Assembly (NCBI RefSeq): GCF_020745735.1
Contig: NC_083413.1
Coordinates: forward strand, 32,984,001-33,048,000
DNA length: 64,000 bases
Direction of reading: 5' to 3'
Source of the DNA: Hemiscyllium ocellatum
Lineage: Eukaryota
The notes beneath the pieces were generated by a model. The model did not search any database and was not told the DNA's origin. It saw nothing but the letters and a program-made list of their open reading frames with translations. Position numbers and translations under genes: made by a program. This document shows positions 12,401 to 24,400 of this stretch, piece after piece. Positions within the stretch are counted from its first letter, which is position 1. Each line of letters opens with the position of its first letter.

Positions 12401-15400
12401 CGACTTAATATTGAGTTCAGCTTCTACAAATTCTGAACCAACTCCCACTTCTTCCCTTTCTTTTAGCTTTTAGGGGAAACCCACACCAACCAACCCCACC
12501 GCCCCATGGCCAAACACTTCAACTCCCCCTCCCACTCTGCCGAGGACATGCAGGTCCTGGGCCTCCTCCATTGCCACTCCCTCACCACCCAACATCTGGA
12601 AGAAGAACGCCTCACCTTCCATCTCGGAACACTTCCACCCCAGGGCATCAATTTGGACTTCGAGTAAAAAGTGAGGTCTGCAGATGCTGGAGATCAGAGC
12701 TGAAAATGTGTTGCTGGTTAAAGCACAGCAGGTCAGGCAGCATCCAAGGAACAGGAAATTCGACGTTTCAGGCCAGAGCCCACCCCTTTCCTGATGAAGG
12801 GCTCTGGCCCGAAACGTCGAATTTCCTGTTCCTTGGATGCTGCCTGACCTGCTGTGCTTTAACCAGCAACACATTTTCAGCATCAATTTGGACTTCACCA
12901 ATTTCGTCATTTCCCCTCCCTCCACCTTACCCCAGTTCCAACCTTCCAGCTCAGCACTGTCCTCATGACCTGTCCCATCTGTCCATCTTCCTTCTCACCT
13001 ATCTGCACCACCCTCCCCTCCTACCTATCACCTTTACCCCCACCTCCATCCACCTATTGCATCTCAGTTACCTTCCTCCTAGACCCACCCCCTCCCATTT
13101 ATCTCTCCACCCCTGAGGCTCCCAGCCTCATTCCTGAAGAATGGCTTTTGCCTGAAAAATCGATTCTCCTGCTTCTCAGATGCTGCCTGACCTGCTTTGC
13201 TTTTCTAGCACCATCTCCAGCATCTGCAGTTCTCACTTTCGCTTGTCTGTTCTTTCAAGTCTAGTAGTTAGACACACCATTGTCTGCCATTCTTGCATTC
13301 TGATCACTTAATCTGAACTAGCAACATCTTTTCTCCCCCAGCACTATGTACCCCACCCCTGCCCACTAAATGTAGCAAATATGCTGTCCCCTATACACTT
13401 CACTTCAGCTCTTATGCAGTCATCTATACTCGAAACATTAGCTCGCTCTCTCCCCATGGATGCTGTCTGACCTGCTGTGATCTCCAGCATTTGTTGTTTT
13501 CAGTACAGATTCCTGCATCTGCAGTAATTTGCACTTGCTGCAGGACCCAGTCAGTATCTAGTAACATTCACTTAGTTTCCTTAATGATCTGAAGTGTTTC
13601 TGTTGATGTTATAAGATGACAATAGCTTCAACTGGATGCATTTACCTCACTATGGTGTAAAGATAACAGAACCAATAAAACAACATGAAACCAGCATATA
13701 AAAATGGGTTTCCATAATCTATGGGAGGAAGTAAGCTACAATTCCTTTACACTGTTGGGCTTTTTTAGGTGAGGTGGGGATGGGGTAATTTTTGTATTAG
13801 GATGCAGCATGTTTGATATGTTTATGGAAGTATTCTCTTCCTTTCAGTCACTTGTGGTCAGAAAGCAACGACGACTAATCACACTGTTGCCATGGGGAGG
13901 ATTGTTGGTGGGAACAGAGCAGCTCCTGGGAGTTGGCCATGGCTGGTATTGTTAAAACTGAATGGGAATGTGATGTGTGGAGGCGTGTTGGTGCAGCATT
14001 CATGGATTATTACAGCAGCACATTGCTTCACAGGGTGAGATTGTTACTGATGCTATGAGAACAACCAGAAATAAATTTAATATGAATCAAAAGCTGATAA
14101 AGAACTATTATTTATTGATATCCTTGTAACTTTGTAAGTTGATTAATGTCATTTACCAGTTTAATGACATTAGCAAGTTTACATGGGGAGATGGTCTGGC
14201 TGGCACAGTTACCCGTCCAATGGAAATTTCCGAAGTTACTTACCCATCCTGGAGTCCCCAGGAGTTGACTTGGTCCTAGCTTAAACTACTGTGTTCAACA
14301 AGCAGCAAGAACCCAGACAAAGCCAACAGGGATCCTTTTTAATATATGCACGTGAAAGAAATGTGACCCCACTCCTGTTTTACTTGGAGCCATGAATGAC
14401 ATGGGACAATAAATTACTTACCAGGCCAACCCAGTAAACAAGTAGATTAGGGATCAAAAAGACAAGTTTACACTTTTTTGAAGCTATCCTGCTATGGATA
14501 CATAATAAATATTGTGGCTGCCAAGGCACAATGTCTCCATGTTTTTCTTGTCATAGGACATCTTTGTCATGACAGATCAATCTTAGAGGGCAGTCTCTGG
14601 AATACATCAGTTGCTTCTTGTTGATTTTGCATGTGGCATCTAAATGAGTCCTGAGATTTAGAGAATATTTAATGTCTGAACATTCATCTCTCACTGAGGT
14701 AGACAATTCCCAAGGTTAACAACCCACTGATATCCCCACATCACAGTTCTAACCTGCTGTCTCCTTATCCCTTTTTTCTCGACTCTCCAGCAAGGTAAAG
14801 TGCCTTAGTATCTATATTGTCAACCCTTCTAGGAAGGCCATATATTTCCATAAGGGCATTTCTCCTATTCTTAAACTACAGCAAAAAGAGCCCTATTCTG
14901 TTCAATAACGTATATATCCATTTGTTCTATGATATGTCCAAACTTAATAAGTTCTCCATTGTCTGTCATGTAGTTGGGATATCCCAAGATTGTGAAAGGT
15001 GAAACATAAATGCAAGTCTTTTGTTTGCTTTTTCATTCAGGAACAGAAATGAGAATTACTGGCAAGTAGTCATTGGTGAATATGACTTGAAAAAGCAAGA
15101 TACTGAGGAAAAAACTTTGCAAATCAACCGGATTATCACACACCCCAAGGTAAAGTGGTTCATTCAAAGTTTGCACCCTGAATTTTATTGACTTGAACGT
15201 TTATTCAATATTTGGTAGGAAAGCCTCTAGTCAGACATGGAGAAGAGGTAATTGGGAATAGCAGGATGGTTTTTGGAAATGCAGGTTCTGTGTCACTAAT
15301 TTGGTTGAATATTTTGAAACCTTCATTAAGTTGTCAAATGATTGTAGCCCTACATCCGTCATTACTTCCATAATGTATTTGATAAAGCGGCCTTTACGAG

Positions 15401-18400
15401 GCTATTAAGGTGAAATTTCAGCTGGAGAAATTAATGGGCAGGGTTTCTTTCTGCTGGATAGGTTGTATTCTGGTAGTCAGAAGACACAGAGCTTTGAAAG
15501 CAGATTTGCAAATATAGCCTCTTAGTGTCATGGAGTCATAGAGACACCCAGTACGGAAACAGACCCTTCAGTCCAACTTGTCCATGCCAACCAACCAGAT
15601 ATCCCAACTTAATCTACTCCCAATTGCCAGTACCCAGCCCATATTCCTCCAAACCTTTCCTATTCATATATCCATCCAGATGCCTTTTAAATGTTGCAAT
15701 TGTACCAGCCTCTACCACTTCATTTGGCAGCATATTCCACACATGCATCACCCTCTGCATGAAAAAGTTGCCCCTTAGGTCTCTTTTAAATCTTTTCCCT
15801 CTTACCCTAAACCTATGCCCTCTAGTTTGGACTCGCCCACCCCAGGGAAAAGACCTTGTCTATTTATCCTATCCACTCGAGGATCCCTGAGTTTTTTAAC
15901 TGTAAAGAAAGTGACCAATCTGACCAATTTAATGGAAAATTTCAGTTGTTAATTAAGTTAAAAGGAATTGGGGAAATAAAATGCACTGCATGCAGAATTT
16001 GAATTAGTGATAAGACGTTAAAAGGAAACATTATAAAGAAAAGCATGGCACAATTAGGGACCTTTGAGGCTTTATTCTAAGAGAAACAACATTATCAAAG
16101 TGATGGTGCTTGATTTGTGGACATGTAATGAATAATAAAAGCTTTTTTCATTGCCAAGCATGCATACTATAAGTTTTAAATAGCAACACATTATATACAC
16201 AGAGAGAGGAAGATCAGCCATGTTAGTACAAAAAAGGCCCTTTGAAAAGTTGAGAAGAAGACTTTGCAAAATAATTACACTATGTGTGTATGTTTCTTTT
16301 TAAGTCTTATTTGATTGACTATCCATATGTTACTGATGTGCATTAAGCATTTGGAGTAGAATGCTTACAACTATCACTGATTGACTATATCACTACCATT
16401 CAGTATCGAGAAAATACTGAAGGCTGCTGAACAGGATACAGAAATGAGGATTAGGTAGGTAAAAGCAATGTACTCACAACCAGTGTCTCCCAGCTGTTTG
16501 AAAAGTGGGCTTTAGGCCTATAATTGTTAAAAGTATTCCCATTGCACAAAATAAAGTTCTCCATGATTACAATTTACAGAACAACGAACCTGGGGAAACT
16601 TAATGGACTCAAAGCCAGCAAATCCCCAGGACCTCAGGCCCTTTACCCTAGGTTTCTATAAGTGGTGGATGCTGAGATGGTGGACGCAATAGCTATGACT
16701 TCCAAAAATCCTTAGATTCTGGAGCACTTACAGCAGATTACAAGTTAGTAAAAGTAATACCACTGTTCAAAGACAGAAAGGAACTATGGGCCCCTTAGCA
16801 CTGATGTCAATCATTGGGAATGTGTTGGAATTTGATGTCTTAACAATACACTTAGAAGAGCATACTTTAGTTAAAATAAGTCAACATGGTTTTATGGTAG
16901 AGAAATCAGTTTGACAAGTTTATTAGTTTTGCAAGGATGTAACCAGTAAGATAAAGGGGAACCAATAGATGTAGCAAATGTGGACTTTCAGAAGGCATTT
17001 GATAAGGTACCACACAAAATATTAATACTCAGGGTAAGGTTTGTGGAGTTGGGAGTTATCCATGAATAGAGGATTGGTTCACAAACAGGAAATAGAAAGT
17101 AGAGATAAATGGGGCATTTTCAAGTTGGAAACTTGTGACCAATAGAGTGCTGTATGGATTGGTGCTGAGGCCTTTGTTAAATTTATATTAAATGCTTAAA
17201 CTAAGAAATGGAGAGTGATGTAATAATGATACAAAGCTAAGTGGAGGCACAAGCTGTGTGAAGGGCACAAAAAATAACAATTTAAATAGGTGGATATGAG
17301 ACAGATGGAATAAAATGTGGGAACATGTGAAGCTATCCACTTTGGTTTCAAAGCAAGGAAAGTGATTTTTAAAAGCCTGAACTTGTAAATGTTGATTTTC
17401 AGATAGAGTTAGATGTAACTCTGGCAAGGAATCAAAGAATTGGCCTTTATTAAGAGGGAATTGCAATGCAAGAATAGAAAGTCTTTTCAGAATGACACAA
17501 AGGTTTACTGAGACCATTACCTGAAAAATGTGTGCAGTTTTGCTGTCCATAATGAAAGGAGGAATAACACTTACCAGAGGCAGTGCAGCAAAAGCTCAAC
17601 AAATTGGTTCATAGGATGTGACAGTTGTCCTATGATGAAAGGTTCAGTAAATTTGGTTGTTATTCTCTGGGGTTTAGAAGAGTAAAAGGTGATCTTATGA
17701 AGCACCTTGACAGGACAGGTACCAAACCAGGGGGCCAATCATTGAGGAATGATATGAGAGCAAGTTTCTTCACTGGAAAGGATGCAAATCGTATTGAATC
17801 TGTACTCAAGCAAATTGAATGCTTCATTACAAATATATCGAAGGCAAATAAAGACAGCTTTCTGGTCTCATTGGGAATCAAGAGATATGGGCAATAGGGA
17901 GAACACTGGAGTTAAATCTCAAAATCATCCATGTTCTTATTGATTGATTGAATAAGCTAAATGAGATGTATGGTCTTCCCTGCTCCTTTTTCTCATGTTG
18001 TTACTTTCTCATATTCTCATAAAAGGTCTAGGATGGCATATCTGAATTGGAATTTAAAAATGAAAGTAAGTTTGGACTTTTCATGACTGTTCAACCCATT
18101 CACATTGAGGTGACATATATGAGCGGAGCATAGATGCTCACCAGCGAAACTTGCTTTGAAAACATTATATTGACTGTCCTTGATTATTCCCAGAAACTTG
18201 AAATATTCACTCATTATCCATCACACATGATTCCATAATAATAACCATATCATATCCTCTATTATCTATGACCTTCTGAAAAACAAATGTAGTAATCTTC
18301 CACCTCAAAAGGTTTCCTAATTCATTGAACCCAACAACTGTGTATTGCTGTTCACCATATCGTTCAAGTTTGATGTTTTACACATTGAAAAATGTCTTCT

Positions 18401-21400
18401 ACATCTTCACAACCCATTAACAAATAACTTACATGGAACATTAATTGAAGTCAAGTAGATTTCTGACTTCACCAATTACCTTGCTTTGAAAATTCTAAAG
18501 CATTCCAGAGATGTCAGGGCATAGACGTGCCAGCCAGGAGGGTAATTTTCAAAGCATACTGCTCCCATGTTTTCTCCCATTGGGCAATTGAAACTCCTTT
18601 CACAATGTCTGGATTAAGATTAATAGCATTAAAGCTAACTCAGAATGTGAGGAAACAGTTCACGTTCATGGAAAATGCTGAATTCAGAGTGAGATTCATC
18701 ACAAATATTCAATGTTATATGTTTATTTATTCTAGTTTAATCAAAGGACATTCAACAATGACATTGCCCTCCTGGAACTGACAGAACCTATAACCATATC
18801 AGAGAATGTGAACTTTGTGTGTTTGCCAGAAAGTGTAGGAGAGCTTCCTCCTGGGACAATGTGTTACATTGCTGGCTGGGGGTCACTTTATGAAGGTAAG
18901 ATGGAAAAGCAAGATCAAATTGTTGACAGACTGCTTTTGGTTTAATTCTTATCATAATCACTGCTGGAAAATGGGATTAGTGTAGTCTGACTTTTGTAGA
19001 ACAGTACAGATGCAATGGCCCAAATGGCCTCCTTGTGCCATGTAAACATCTAAGGACTTACGAGTTTATTCTTCTTGTGCTGTACTGATTCAACAATTGC
19101 ATTTAATAACATATTTGCTGTGTTCATTGTTATTTCAAAATCATTCTGTTAAGCACTGAAATTACAAATACCACTGGATCTGTTCAAATGTTTATTCTTA
19201 GTTATCACAATCCCATCCATGTAGTACCTGCGTCAGTCATTTGTTTGTCGTTGTGAAAGGACATTTTTTATATTAATTTTTATCCACAATGGTACACCCA
19301 CTTACAAATCATACTTTTGCTGCATCAAAAATTATTGTTGAAAATAAAAGTTCATGGTGTTGAAGGCAGCAAATTGGCATGAGACTGGCTAGCAGGAAAC
19401 AAAGTGTAGGTGTAAATGGGTCATTTTATAGTTGGCAAGATATAATAAGTGGGTGCTGCAAGGATCCACGCTGTGGCCTCAGCTTTTAGAATTTACATAA
19501 ACAATTTGGATGAAGATACTGAAGGTGTAGTTGTTTAATTCTCTAAATATCTAAAAATAAATAGAAAAGTAAGTTGTGCAGAAGATATAAGGGTACTACA
19601 ACAGGATTTGTGAGGTCATGTGAGTAGGTAAAGATTTGGCAAATGAAATATAATGTGATAAAATGTGAAATTATCCAATTTGACAAGAAGAATAAAAAAG
19701 CATATTATCAACATAGAGAGAGATTGCATAGCTGTGGGATGTAAAGGGTTCTGGATTTCCTTGTGCATAAATTACAAAGGGCTAGCGTGCAGATACAGAA
19801 AGTAATTAGGACATCCAGATAATAACCTAGAATGTTATTATTAGGACATCTAGGATAAATAATAACCTAGAATGTTATTATTTATTGCAAATGGAACTGA
19901 ATACAAAATTTGGAAAGTCATGCTTTAATTGTACAGGGCTTTGTGAGACCACATCTTAAGCACTGTGTAAAATATTATCACCTTATTTAAAAATGGATGG
20001 AAATGCATTAGAAACAGTTCAGAGAAGATTTATTGGAGTAAGGCTGGGAAGGCAAGTTGTCTTATGAGGAAAGATTGGAGAGGCTGGGCTTGTATCAATT
20101 AGATTTTAGAAGACTTGAATGAAACATAAGATCTTGAGAAGTTTGACAGGATGCTAATGGAAAGGATGTCTTGTTTTGTGGGAAAGTCTAGAACTAAAGG
20201 TTACTGTTATAAAATAAAGTGTCACACATTTAAGACAGATTAGGACATAAATCTACCTTTGGAACTTTATTCCTCAAAAGGCAGTTTAAGCAGAGTCTAT
20301 GGATATATTTTAGGCTGAGGTAGATAGATGTTTATTAAGCAATGGATGACAGGTTGTTATAAGTAGGCAGGAATATGGAGGTTTTTGCCTGAAACATCAA
20401 TTTTCCTGCTCCTCAGATGCTGCCTGACCTGCTGTGTTTTTCCAGCACCACTCTAATCTAGACTCTGGTTTCCAGCATCTGCAGGCCTTGTTTTTAACTA
20501 GGAATATGGAGTAATCAGATCAATCGTAATCTTATTGAATAGCGGAGCAGGGTTAAGGAGCTGACTGGCTTACACCTTCCTCTGGTTCAAATGTTTATAT
20601 GTTTATAAGTGCTATAAGGATTTGTACGTTATAACATAATTTTAAGAGTGGTATTCAAATAAAGACTGTTGATCTGCTTTCTGCCCCCTTCCTCATTTTT
20701 CCCCCTATATGTCAGTTGTAGTGTAACTTTGAACGCCCACCTTCCTCCTTCTCCCAACCCACCTACTCATTGGAAATATTTGTTTGCTTAAATGTGTGTT
20801 CTGATTACAAAAATATGTGAATCCTTGACATCATTAAAGTTGGTTATATATTAAAAGTGCCATGAACTGAAGGAAAATTTCTAAAAAAAACATTGCCAAT
20901 ACTTTTTGTCACATACTCTTCAGGATGCATGCAAGAATGGCAAATTTCAAATGACCACAATATATGTTGGAGGAGAAACTGACACTGACTGGATGGCAAA
21001 TTGAATCTAATTGGCTGAGATGTTGCCATGGAGAAAGCAACAAGGAACCATAGGATTCCCAAGTTTATGCAATTCAGTAAAGGCAGAAAGCTTGAGCATA
21101 TTATCTTTGCTTCCCAAATAGAGTCATAGAGTCACAGAGGTGTACAGCATGGAAACAGACCCTTCGGTCCAACTCATCCATGCTAACCAGATATTCCAAC
21201 CCAATCCAATCCCACCTGCCAGCACCTGGCCCATATCCCTCCAAACCCTTCCCATTCATATACCCATCCAGATGCCTTTTAAATGTTGCAATTGTACTTG
21301 TCTCCATCACTTCTTCTGGCAGCTCATTCCATAAATGTACCACCCTCTGCATGAAAAAGTTGCCCCTTAGGTCTCTTTTATATGTTTTCCTTCTCACCGT

Positions 21401-24400
21401 AAACCTATGGCCTCTAGTTAGAACTCCCCTACCCCATCTCTATTTATCCTATCCATGCCCCTCATGATTTTATAAACTGCTATAAGGTCAACCCTCAGCC
21501 TTGGCTCCTTGCACATTATGTTTCCAGAAAGTATAAATGAGCCTGTTATAAACTCAATGGATTATTTTAAATTATAACTCTATTTGCTATAAGACTGGTC
21601 TTATTCACAATCTTGTTAAAACAAAAACACCATTTGCTCTCCTTGTCAGCCTGATGCAGAATTCTGGCACATCAAAGCTATCCTGCAGATCACTGTCCTG
21701 ATCACACCATTGTTTGCTGTGAAATTATACAAATTTGCAATGGACCAAAAGGTTGCTTCTTTTGATGTGTATTCAGTCATCTCAATTTGCCTGGAAAGGC
21801 AAAAAAACTCCAAACTTTCCAAAAGATTATGCAAGATGTTCCATGCTGCTGCGATGCAAATGTTACTTGAATCAATGTTCCATTACCAGAATACTACCAT
21901 CAGACCAAAAAAATGTTTTGCTAAACACACAATAGAGCCAGACCATATATATGAATTTCAGTGACAGGATAATGCTAGGTACTAAGAATGTACATCTTAA
22001 TGGATGATTGATTGTTTGATTAAATCAAATGGAATGTTTCTTCAGTGGTAGGCATGTACAATACTCAACCAGACCATTTCACAAAACCGAAAGCAAAAGG
22101 TCGCCTATTAGATGTAAATCTGTACTTGGGCAACATTTGTTGAATACACTGGGACTCATTCTCTGCAAATTAAGGAAGAATGTTTAACCCTTGTGCCTTT
22201 TCTGAATTACCCATGAGTTATGAGAACACATAGTTCCCATTTTTATCTCCATAGTAATGTCTCCTCTAATCAACACCATTTTCTCCTGCTGTATGAGTTA
22301 TTGTGATCATTTGAAATTTGATATTCTTGCATTTGTCTTTGTGAGTGCAAACAATCTCTATTTTTTTAAAATATTCAAGTTTTGTACTTACAACTAACTT
22401 CAGGAAAATTGTGCACCTGGATTGACAACACTCCAGGAATGAAACGTTAAAAATGTTTGTTGAATTTGGTCCTCTTTTATTCACATAAACAGATGGACCA
22501 TATGCAGATGTGCTGGTAGAAGCAAAAGTGCCTTTGCTGGGTCAGAGTACGTGTAAATCTGCATTGGGGAAGGAGTTGGTCACCAACCAAATGTTCTGTG
22601 CTGGGTATCTATCCGGCAATGTAGATTCCTGCCAGGTAAGCTGTCAACCATCAAAATACAGGATGCTGGAAATGTGCAATAAAATCAAAAGCACTGGAAG
22701 TACTCAGCAGGTCAGGCAGTGCCTGTGGAGACAGAAGTCACACTAATAGTTCATCAATCTGAAGCATAAACTTTGTTTTTCCAATGATGCTGCCTGATCT
22801 GTTGAGATTTTTCCAACATCTCGTAGTTTTAGTTAAAATATCAAAAAGGTTGGTTCACATGTGACAGTGGAAGGTGAAAAGGATGTAACCACACTTTTCA
22901 TTGCATTAACATTTTTTAAACCTGACTGTTAAAGAGTTAAATGGGATTAAAATGGATAATTCGAATGTGATGTTAGTGGTAACGCACAAAAAATCGGCCA
23001 AGTGGTCTTGTTTAACATTGAAGAATCTTTTCTAATTAATACAGATTTACGTATATGTGCAAGTCCAGGTTTTTGTCAAAATATAAAGAGGATTCAAAAA
23101 AGAAGGTTGATTGGATAAAATACTGTCCAGACTGGGAACTTTGGTTATTGGGAGCATGTATCAGCAAATAAAGGGCAAGCTCCCCAGGATCGATTAATGG
23201 ATTGAAACTACTGGGAATGCACAGGTGCAAGTAAGGTGCTTCGTGAATTACTTGCCAAGTCACATGGTGAGCAAGGTGGGTCGAAGATTCAGATGCCAGT
23301 TGGACACCACTTCAGACACCACTGCTGCAAGCCAGGAATTTCCCCTCAGTCTGCCCAGAGATGTATCCTAAGAAATCTAAGCCAGCCTCCTGCTTCATCA
23401 AAGCTGGAGGATGTAGCTTGATGGTGTCACTAACAGAAGGGATGCTTTCTTTCTGGGTGACCACATTAGAAAGCCATTCCATCAGATCCATCCAAGCTGG
23501 GCTGAGATTGCAGCGTGGGTCAGTGCTACCGGCCCAATAAAAGGGTTGGAAAACATTACCACAAGAAAGTTAATGATCTCCTGTGCTACACAAAAGTATG
23601 TGGCACCATCTCTGTTACCTCACACCTACAGGGCATCACTTAGTCTAACTCTGCCACTGCACAGGCATCTCACAAATGGCCATAGCCTACAAGCCTTAGC
23701 ATCACAGAAGTCCTCTCAAGGGTTCATACTCATTCAATCTTCTCAAACTATGAACCCTTCCTGCCCATAATGCTTCCAACAGATGGCTCATCACGTCACA
23801 TGATTACATATTCTCACAACTGGCTCTTGCACCCATTCCCATCACAGTCGATCATACTTCTTATCTTTCCTTGCTGGAATAGCTGGCCCGCAATCAGGCC
23901 AAAGGAGCCTAGACTGGAAGAAGATGGTGGGGTCACCAGTTATCAAGTTTGAGTAAAGAGCTGTTGGGCTGTCGAAGAAAGACCAGAACCTTTCCTGTTG
24001 AAATGAGAAGATACCAATGGGTCAACAATCAAGTAAGCAAGGTCATGCTCTGCTCTTCTTGGATGAACACAAAGGCAAATACTTTGCTGTGCCTAAGCAA
24101 TTCTGTATCTTCACTAACTAATACTTTGCATTCTCTTGTACAGGCACAAGTAACACCCAGGAATTCTCAATGTGTAAAAGACCATTGCCTGAGCCTCTCA
24201 GTGCCAGGTTCACCTCAGAGGAGGAAGCCTGTGAACCCTCAAGGATGCACTGGGATGACATTCATATGCAAATGCCAGCAACTCAGACTGTCACTTCTAT
24301 GTATAATCTACCTAGATTAAACAAACTGGTGAGCACATCACTGACAGCTATCCACGGCCTGTGGTGGAATAAATATCCATGGTCTCTGACACTGTCGAAG

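Larger units (their letters stand above)
12472..13240 (+). mobile_element. Nested PLE 3' fragment (same family as 35432-37236)
   Basis: [29 protein letters not shown], followed by a pseudo-LTR with a degenerate CTGAAGA core at 13134. Confidence 0.85.
11674..13538. mobile_element. Older PLE with ~400-bp inverted pseudo-LTRs, hosting nested PLE insertions
   Basis: 11674-12080 is the reverse complement of 12385-12471 plus 13243-13506. Flanked by tgcagg(g/a)ccc at 11664-11673 and 13539-13548. EN tail [14 protein letters not shown]. Confidence 0.8.

Noticed and set aside
12470-13116. Two opposite-strand ORFs sharing the peptide [23 protein letters not shown]
   Set aside because: Explained by the 83-bp inverted repeat, not by a protein gene.
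19806-19882. Short tandem duplication of about 35-40 bp; smaller ones at about 42315-42360 and 51370-51403
   Set aside because: Two-copy slippage duplications within decayed repeats. No spacer structure, so not CRISPR-like.
22612-22626. SGNVDSC instead of the usual GGxDSC before Asp189
   Set aside because: A single substitution in a variable loop. Triad, Asp189, Gly216 and Gly226 are intact, so there is no case for a pseudo-enzyme.
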